Shown here: positions 1-6,035 of the stretch, in pieces
Position numbering within the stretch: the first letter of the stretch is position 1
How the letters are laid out: each line of letters opens with the position of its first letter
Origin: Octopus sinensis
Taxonomy: Eukaryota
Assembly (NCBI RefSeq): GCF_006345805.1
Contig: NW_021829481.1
Span: 1-6,035, forward strand
DNA: 6,035 nucleotides
Reading direction: 5' to 3'
The notes under the pieces: model-generated
Databases searched by the model: none
Seen by the model: the letters and a program-made list of their open reading frames with translations, nothing else
What the model was told of the DNA's origin: nothing
Made by a program: the position numbers and the translations under genes

Positions 1-38
1 ACGTACATAAGCGACAGAAGGAAACTAACGCCAGTCTG

Positions 39-235
39 TTGTGTGGTGTTGGTGGCGGAAGTGTAACTGTGTGGTGGTGCTGGTGGTGATGATAGGACTG
101 AGTGCTTTTGGTGATGGCGACGGTGTCGGTGGTAATGTAGGTAGGGGTGGTGTGGTGTGGTGTGGTGTCGCTGTGCAGTGATGATGTGTGGTGGTGTGAT
201 GGTGTATGGTGGTTGCGTGACTGTGTCTGGTCTTC
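39..235. repeat. Degenerate (GTG/GGT/TGTGG)-rich low-complexity tract
   Basis: Repeated gtggtg, gtggtgt and ggtgatg units with interruptions; strong G+T strand skew. Confidence 0.8.
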
Positions 236-265
236 TATGTATGTATATGGTGACGCGTGGATAGT

Positions 266-307
<42 letters not shown>

Positions 308-365
308 GGGAGGTGGTGGTGCTGGTGGTGCTGGCGGCGGCGGCGGCAGCGGCAGTGGCAGCGGT
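266..365. repeat. Compound trinucleotide microsatellite: (TAG)14 followed by GGT/GCT, (GGC)5 and GGCAGC units
   Basis: Perfect (TAG)14 at 266-307, (GGC)5 at 333-347, with flanking ggtggt and ggcagc units. Confidence 0.95.
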
Positions 366-716
366 CGAGGTGGTGATGACATAGCCCCAGGGCAGCCGTG
401 CTCGACTTTTCCTATTACGGGCCAAATCATGCGGTGTGGATGACAGATCCCTTTCCCCGGTTATAGGTATATATTTTTTTTCTCTAAGAACCACATTAAA
501 CGCTGCTCATTGCGATATTCCATAGCGGATTGCATGTGGTACAGTCTAACAGCTTCGATATGTTGACTGGCATTTGTCAGGATGGGTTTACCATAATTGG
601 TTGTGTACAATTGCTTTTGCTTGTTGGTTGGCCAAAAGTGATGCCTCCGCGAGTCGTGAATGTGGTGGGGAGTTCGCAAACGCATTATAATTCATCTGCG
701 TTCATTTGGGCATATG

Positions 717-736
717 CACACACACACACACACACA

Positions 737-770
<34 letters not shown>

Positions 771-965
771 ACACACACACATACACACACACACTCACAC
801 ACACACATGCACAGAAACGCTTACACTCACCCACATACGTACATTCACACATAAACATAAATGCATACACACACGTACACATACACTCACACACAGACAC
901 ACACACACACACACATATATTTATATATATATATATATGCATGCATATGTATGGAAGTATCTATT

Positions 966-999
<34 letters not shown>

Positions 1000-1026
1000 T
1001 GAGTGGGTGGGAGTGTGTGTGTGTGT
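717..1026. repeat. Compound dinucleotide microsatellite: interrupted (CA)n, then (TA)n, then (TG)n
   Basis: Interrupted CA tract 717-915, TA tract 916-938, TG tract 966-1026. Confidence 0.95.
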
Positions 1027-1342
1027 ACTAAAGTTTGTCTTTGCATTTAATGTAGGAGGCATCAAAAAAGTCGAACTGGAAGTAATTGTTGCGGTCGGGA
1101 AATTAAAAAAAAAATTAAGTCATTGATTTAATTATTTCGGAAAGTACGGGAGACAACTCCAGACGTGTTCAGGTCATATATGTCCTCATCACTAAGCTGT
1201 ACGTTCCATAGTGTCACTGCTTGTCGAAGTAATGATGACAGAACCACTAACTAGATTATACAATATTGTACATTGGTTTGTGTAGAGAGGAAGAACGACA
1301 GTACAAATTCAATTTAGAAATGTCATCTTTCTCCCTCTTTCT

Positions 1343-1438
1343 GTGAGTGTATGTGTGTGTGCGCACGCGTGTTACGTGTGTTGTATGTGTGGTGTGTGTG
1401 AGTGTGTGTGTGTCTGTATATTGTACGTACGTGGTGTC

Positions 1439-1524
<86 letters not shown>

Positions 1525-1530
1525 TGTGTG
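1343..1530. repeat. (TG)n microsatellite with a perfect (TG)40 core
   Basis: Uninterrupted TG run at 1443-1522, with degenerate TG sequence on both sides. Confidence 0.97.
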
Positions 1531-1982
1531 TTTAATAACGCATGGCAATTGTTACAGAGAAAGACATTTAAAAACGGATCAAAATCTTGTGAATCCTAAG
1601 TCGATGAATTTCACATCGTCTGCTATGTTAATCCAACGTTAAACAATTTAGACTTGCCTGCACATGGCAATTTCAAAACAGACCCTCTTGTTGTGTTCGA
1701 AGCATTAGCAGACATCTACACCGATTACAAACTCTGACATAATTTTTGTTACACCAATTTCGGGCAATTTTAAAACATATGTATACACACAAACAAACAA
1801 AAAAATACTTCATATCAGCAAGAGATATATACAAACTATCAAACGATGTATATGTGGTTTGGTTTTTTTCACTGGGCCTATTTCTACTTTCTGATATAAT
1901 ACCGTTAAATGCGGGCATATACATACACACAATACAATGCAGAGGCGAATTAGTGAACTCGTCGGAGTATTGGTTACAATAC

Positions 1983-2350
1983 CTTGTAGTATTCGTTCCA
2001 GTTCTCTGAGCTTTATGTTGAAATCTGCTGAGATCAATTTGCTTTTCATTCGATAAACGCAAAACCAAACAAATGCGGTGGATTAACAAAAACGTTGGTA
2101 CATCGGACAGACTGTCTTCCATTTTCTGTTCCAGCGGTGTATGTTGGGAACTTAAATCCTGTCTCATTTCGCTGGAAATGGAAATACATCTGTCAGGAGT
2201 TGACATGCCGACTGGATGGAAAAAATGATATGAAACTCCATAATTAAACACACTTCCATCAGGTTGGCAACTCCTGAGGTCGACTGCTGAATTTATTGGA
2301 CACATGAAATAAGGATAAACGGGGAGCGCTTTCATGTGTGCATGCGCAGT
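1983..2350 (-). CDS. Candidate internal coding exon of an unidentified gene (368 nt, ~122 aa: TAHAHMKALPVYPYFMCPINSAVDLRSCQPDGSVFNYGVSYHFFHPVGMSTPDRC...QRTGTNTT)
   Basis: Non-repetitive island. The minus-strand frame is stop-free from 2374 to 1676, while the other two minus frames contain several stops. Acceptor-like aatttacag| ends at 2351 and donor-like CAAG|gtattg begins at 1982. No recognisable domain, and the polypyrimidine tract is weak. Confidence 0.3.
2193..2277. other. Imperfect inverted repeat / RNA hairpin (~22-23 bp stem, 32-nt loop)
   Basis: tcaggagttg (2193-2202) is the exact reverse complement of caactcctga (2268-2277). After a 5-nt bulge, ccgac (2208-2212) pairs with gttgg (2263-2267), and gatggaa (2215-2221) pairs with ttccatc (2254-2260). 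Confidence 0.6.
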
Positions 2351-2399
2351 CTGTAAATTTGCCGAGAGATACCTTTAAAAATTCATAAGCATACACCAA

Positions 2400-2560
2400 A
2401 ACGCACACGGACAAACACAAACACAAACCACACACATATATATACATATGTATATACATATATACATACAAGCATATACATATATACGCACGCACACACA
2501 TACACACACACACACACTCACACACACATATATATGTAACCGTATGGATATATGTGGGTG
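2400..2560. repeat. Compound CA / TA / TACA low-complexity tract
   Basis: acacaa, tatacata and cacaca units throughout. Confidence 0.9.
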
Positions 2561-2684
2561 TAAAATGATAAACTGTATTTATTTACACAACCATTTATAC
2601 ATCCATCTTTCTAGCGATCAAAATCTACGCGTGTTTATTTATAGCATCCTAAGCTAATGCCAGTGTATATATAGAAGTGTTTAT

Positions 2685-3000
2685 ATATGTGTGTTTGTTT
2701 GTGTGTATGTATGTGTTTGTTAATGTTTGTATGTATGTATGTATGTATGTATGTATGTATATATGTATATACATATATATATAATATATATAATATATAA
2801 TATATATATATATGCTATATATATATATTATATATATATATATATTATATTATATATATACACGCACATATGTATATGTAAATACATATACATATTCATA
2901 CAAACATTTATATTTATAAAGATACACACACACACATACACACACACACATATATATATACATATGTATGTATATATTGTATGTGTGTGTGTGTTTGTGT
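2685..3000. repeat. Compound microsatellite: TG, (TATG)n, degenerate (TA)n, (CA)n, TG
   Basis: (TATG)~7 at 2730-2760, TA-rich 2760-2860, CA ~2923-2950, TG ~2979-2999. Confidence 0.93.
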
Positions 3001-3271
3001 CCATAGATTTGTGCATATCTAAACCATATATCGCCATACCACTCCTCAATCTTCCATCTTAACCGCTTCAAACAGACCCACTAAAGATGGCGACACTATT
3101 TACCAACAGTGTTGACATAGCTATTAAAGTTGTCAGTTTTGTTAGTCTACACAGCTCTCACACTCGTCTTACTTACTACCCTTATCTACATTTCTAATTA
3201 CCTCAGTTTTCTTTGCATTTCCGCTTCTGTCTTAATCTGAGCCACAACCCTGTCGCCACACCATCAGGCCT

Positions 3272-3331
3272 TCTCTCTCTCTCTCTCTCACTCTCTCACT
3301 CTTTCTCCCTCTCTCTCCCTCTCTCTCTCTC
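3272..3331. repeat. Interrupted (CT)n microsatellite
   Basis: ctctct run with ca and cc interruptions. Confidence 0.93.
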
Positions 3332-3379
3332 ATCCGCTCCCGCATGTAAGCAGATTACTTGCGTGTAGACACACATTCA

Positions 3380-3584
3380 GGTACGCACGCGCATGCAATG
3401 TATTGGATATGCATGTATGTCCATATATATAAATATATATATATATACTTGTATACACACGCACACGCACACACGCCTATGACAATCAACAGGAACATTA
3501 AAATGTTTGCGTACATATATATGCATTTATACAATATATATATATATTATATACTTCTATGTATTTGATGCGTAAATTAATGTG

Positions 3585-3617
<33 letters not shown>

Positions 3618-3818
3618 AAAGAAAAATATAGGTATATGCATATACCGATATAGAGAAACATGCATACATACACACATGCACGCAAACACAAGCACAAGTG
3701 TGTATATGAGTACACAGTTTCTTGTCTTAATAAACACACGTACACGCACACACTCACACACACACACTTACAAACATAGACATATACACACTATATGCAC
3801 TTACACACACACACACGC

Positions 3819-3860
<42 letters not shown>

Positions 3861-3880
3861 ACACTCGCACACAGACACAC
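3380..3880. repeat. Compound TA / TG / CA microsatellite region
   Basis: TA-rich 3420-3550, (TG)n 3581-3617, CA-rich 3740-3880 with perfect (AC)19 at 3822-3859. Confidence 0.9.
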
Positions 3881-4006
3881 AGAAAGATACTGAAATCTAA
3901 GACGCCTCACCATCTTGAAACCAGCATCTCAGTTGTGAAATGTAATTCATTAGTTTTTCCCTATCAACTTGGCTATTGAGACTTTCAGATTACTGTCTCC
4001 ATCCAT

Positions 4007-4007
<1 letters not shown>

Positions 4008-4038
<31 letters not shown>

Positions 4039-4185
4039 TCATTACTACTGCTGCTGCTGTTACTGCTACTACTGCTAATTCATCCTCACCACTATCTCCA
4101 CCACCACCACGACCAGCACCACTACATTCATCACCATTACTAGTACCGGCACCACCACCACCACCACCACAGCTACTACCACCTA
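4008..4185. repeat. Compound trinucleotide array: (ACT)10, (CTG)n, (CCA)n
   Basis: Perfect (ACT)10 at 4008-4037, followed by ctgctg, ctactg and accacc units. Confidence 0.93.
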
Positions 4186-4319
4186 ACGACTGTGGCTACA
4201 CTAACCTTACTACAATACAAAAACAAATCTAAGAGAGGTGATGTTCATGCCTTTCTCAACGGTTTTTTAGGCTGAATGGTGGCGTTTTCATTTTACCACA
4301 TAATACTGGCCATTCAAAA

Positions 4320-4370
4320 CACACACACACATTCACACATACATACCAGTATCTTTGTGTGTGTGTGTGT
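4320..4370. repeat. Short (CA)n...(TG)n fold-back microsatellite
   Basis: acacacacac at ~4320-4331 faces gtgtgtgtgt at ~4357-4370. Confidence 0.8.
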
Positions 4371-4502
4371 TTGCTTTTTTCCTGCAAGTAACCAATATTG
4401 TACTTTATATAATAGCTGAGTTATAATCCATAAGTTAAATAAACTTGAGTGGAACAACTCCAAAATTTATTGAGTTAGCTGTTCATATCTTACGTATTGT
4501 AT

Positions 4503-4552
4503 GAGTGTGTGTGTGTGAGAGAGAGAGAGAGAGACTGTGAATGTGTGTGTGT
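4503..4552. repeat. (TG)n(AG)n(TG)n microsatellite
   Basis: gtgtgtgtgtga, then gagagagaga, then tgtgtgtgt. Confidence 0.9.
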
Positions 4553-4604
4553 ATGCAGATATACATTACATATAAATACATATATATTTTTCAGAAGCAT
4601 AATT

Positions 4605-4632
4605 ATATGTATGTATGTATATATCTATCTAT

Positions 4633-4698
<66 letters not shown>

Positions 4699-4780
4699 TA
4701 TGTATGTATGTATGTATGTATGTATGTATGTATTATGTATGTATGTATGTATGTATCCATGTATGTATGTATGTATGTAT
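4605..4780. repeat. Compound (TATC)/(TAAC), (TA)28, (TATG)n microsatellite
   Basis: Perfect (TA)28 at 4642-4697; TATG units at 4699-4780. Confidence 0.97.
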
Positions 4781-4886
4781 ATTGTATTTGGGGGTGGTCA
4801 TGTTGCCAGTTTAGCCAACAAAAACACACGCACTATACATTTGGTGTTCATTTGCTTCAGCTTTATTTTATACTAATCGTCTTTCG

Positions 4887-4928
4887 ACCAGAGTTCTTTC
4901 GCCACATTTCTGTGACCTCATCAGTGGT
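4887..4928 (-). ncRNA. Minimal type I hammerhead ribozyme motif (Penelope-like retroelement repeat type)
   Basis: The minus strand reads ACCA-CUGAUGA-G-GUCACA-GAAA-UGUGGC-GAAA-GAAC-UC/UGGU. It has the conserved CUGAUGA and GAAA core, a 6-bp stem II with GAAA tetraloop, stem I ACCA/UGGU, stem III pairs A15.1-U16.1 and G15.2-C16.2, and an NUH triplet CUC. Predicted cut is between 4891 and 4890. Confidence 0.65.
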
Positions 4929-5049
4929 ACTTTGCATTCTTTCTTTTTTGTGTCTTTCCTAATGATCAGCCATTTTGTATTCCTATTGTATGTGTCTTTA
5001 TTTGCGCATGTGTATACCCCTGTGTGTGTCTATGTTTAGTATTAGGGAT

Positions 5050-6035
5050 AAATTCTCGAAGGTCCCGCTGTAAGCTTGTGACATCGTCTTGGTTTTTTAT
5101 TACTTGTGATAATTTTGTATCATCAGCATAGTTAGTGACAGTGGCTGTCCGAGTGACCGTGGGTATGTCTAAGAGGGCGATTATGAACAGTAATGGCCCC
5201 AGAACAGTTCCCTGGGGGACACCACTGAGGACTTGAGTTTCCTCAGAAAGGGCACCATTGACTGCTTCTGTTTTCAAGGAAGTCATGCAGCCACTCTCCC
5301 TGCCAAGGTCTCGTAGCTTATGACTTATGCCATGATCTACTTTATCAAATGCCTTTGCTAAGTCAAGGTATATCATACTGATATTTAAATGGTCAAGCAG
5401 CTGTTCTAAAACCCAGTCATAGTGCTATAGGAGCTGTGTAAGGCAGCTTCTTCCTGGACGGAAGCCATGCTGTGTATTGTCCAGTAGGTCATTTTCTTCT
5501 AGGAACATTATAAATTTCTTTCTCATGATTCGCTCCATGACTCTACTGATATGTGAAGTCAGAGATTGGCCTATAGTTTTTGGCCTCTGCTCTGCTTCTA
5601 CCTTTGTGGATAGAGCATATAATGCCTTCTTTTAGCTTTTTGGGAAGTATACCACTTGCAAGGAAACTTTGGAAAAGTATCTGAAGTGGTTTTGCTAAAG
5701 CCTGCTTACATGACTTTAGGAAAATAGCTGTGAAACCATCAGGACATGAACTCATTTATATCTGCTACATCTGTTTTCTCAATGTTGATGTAATCGATGA
5801 CTGGCGCCTCCTTTTTGGAACTGCAATGTCAGAGAATTCAGCCGGACTTTTTTATCTGCATGTGTCCAAGGGGGTGGGGATGAAGACACTTTTAAATTGT
5901 TCACGGAGTATCGCATTTATCCTTCCTGGATTCGCCGTCAGTGAGTCATTCCCTTGAAACAATGGTCCTACTTTATATTGTATTGTGGTTGTTTCCTTTG
6001 CGAATTTAGAGAAAGCTTTGCGATTTGTCTTTATG
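5050..6035 (-). mobile_element. Decayed non-LTR retrotransposon (LINE, CR1/L2/Jockey-type) ORF2 fragment: pre-RT region plus reverse transcriptase, broken off just after RT motif 5; continues past the window edge
   Basis: Minus-strand translation across frameshifts gives IKTNRKAFSKFAK...VGPL...ILREQFKSVF...CPDGFTAIFLK...KNYRPIS(L)TSHISRVMERIM...NTQHGFRPGRSCLTQLL*HYD...IYLDLAKAFDKVDHG...GEWLHDFL...SGVPQGTVLGPLLFII...YADDTK...LQRDL. GVPQG is at 5209-5223 and YADD at 5119-5130. In-frame TAG at 5425-5427; frameshifts near 5755, 5560, 5300 and 5265. Confidence 0.95.

Noticed and set aside
375-465. GC-richer island after the GGC repeat, checked as a tRNA-derived SINE head or HDV-like ribozyme
   Set aside because: I could not find A/B boxes, a cloverleaf or a consistent nested double pseudoknot.
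489-566. Plus-strand frame after tttttctctaag (NHIKRCSLRYSIADCMWYSLTASIC*), faintly like a channel pore helix
   Set aside because: Short, ends in a stop, lacks a pore signature, and has an atypical AAG acceptor.
592-695. Possible minus-strand exon (cag|ATGAAT...TTATG|gtaaac)
   Set aside because: No polypyrimidine tract. Joining it to the 1983 donor in the long-ORF phase gives an immediate stop, and the peptide is unrecognised.
147-1126. ORFs 147-443, 530-1126, 660-854, 685-942, 706-1002 (poly-S/G, HT- and CV-repeat products)
   Set aside because: They are open only because the CA/TG, TAG and GGC repeats lack stops in those frames; no protein-like sequence.
1128-1250. Minus-strand 40-codon frame LVVLSSLLRQAVTLWNVQLSDEDIYDL..., and GTGATGA...CTGA as C/D snoRNA boxes
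   Set aside because: The length is within chance and its splice phase does not fit the candidate exon. The C and D boxes are only ~13 nt apart, with no later CTGA or terminal stem.
1600-1737. Plus-strand 45-codon frame (DEFHIVCY...EALADIYTDYKL*)
   Set aside because: No start or convincing acceptor, no recognisable motif, and the length is compatible with chance.
2115-2246. Plus-strand acceptor-like tcttccattttctgttccag followed by VYVGNL (RRM RNP2-like)
   Set aside because: No RNP1 motif follows, and the frame stops after ~37 codons.
266-4185. (TAG)/(GGT) array at 266-365 and (ACT)/(CCA) array at 4008-4185 as terminal inverted repeats of one element
   Set aside because: The sub-block order is not mirrored and there is no unique-sequence complementarity; these SSR types are common in such genomes.
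2259-4962. ORF-track entries over the TA/CA/TG/ACT/CCA repeats (e.g. 2727-3062, 3498-3767, 3969-4232, 4615-4962)
   Set aside because: Microsatellite translation artefacts (YI, HT, CV, poly-T/P).
5730-5957. Plus-strand 75-aa ORF
   Set aside because: It is the antisense shadow of the LINE ORF2 fragment.

Overview
AT-rich eukaryotic DNA, probably intronic or intergenic, densely packed with microsatellites: (CA/TG)n, (TA)n, (TATG)n, (CT)n, (TAG/ACT)n and (GGT/GGC)n. The style resembles SSR-rich invertebrate genomes such as coleoid cephalopods (Octopus) or penaeid shrimp; this taxonomy is inference only. The one firmly identifiable element is a decayed minus-strand non-LTR retrotransposon ORF2 fragment (CR1/L2/Jockey-type reverse transcriptase, ~5050-6035) with frameshifts and an in-frame stop. 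About 120 nt beyond its broken 3' end, on the same strand, is a compact minimal type I hammerhead ribozyme motif (4887-4928) of the kind known from Penelope-like retroelement repeats. A unique-sequence island at ~1670-2375 has a 233-codon stop-free minus-strand frame, plausible splice sites (candidate exon 2350-1983) and an internal 85-nt hairpin; I do not recognise the protein. Almost all other ORFs in the supplied track are translations of microsatellites. There are no rRNA, tRNA, CRISPR or prokaryotic features, and no new multi-gene system can be supported.
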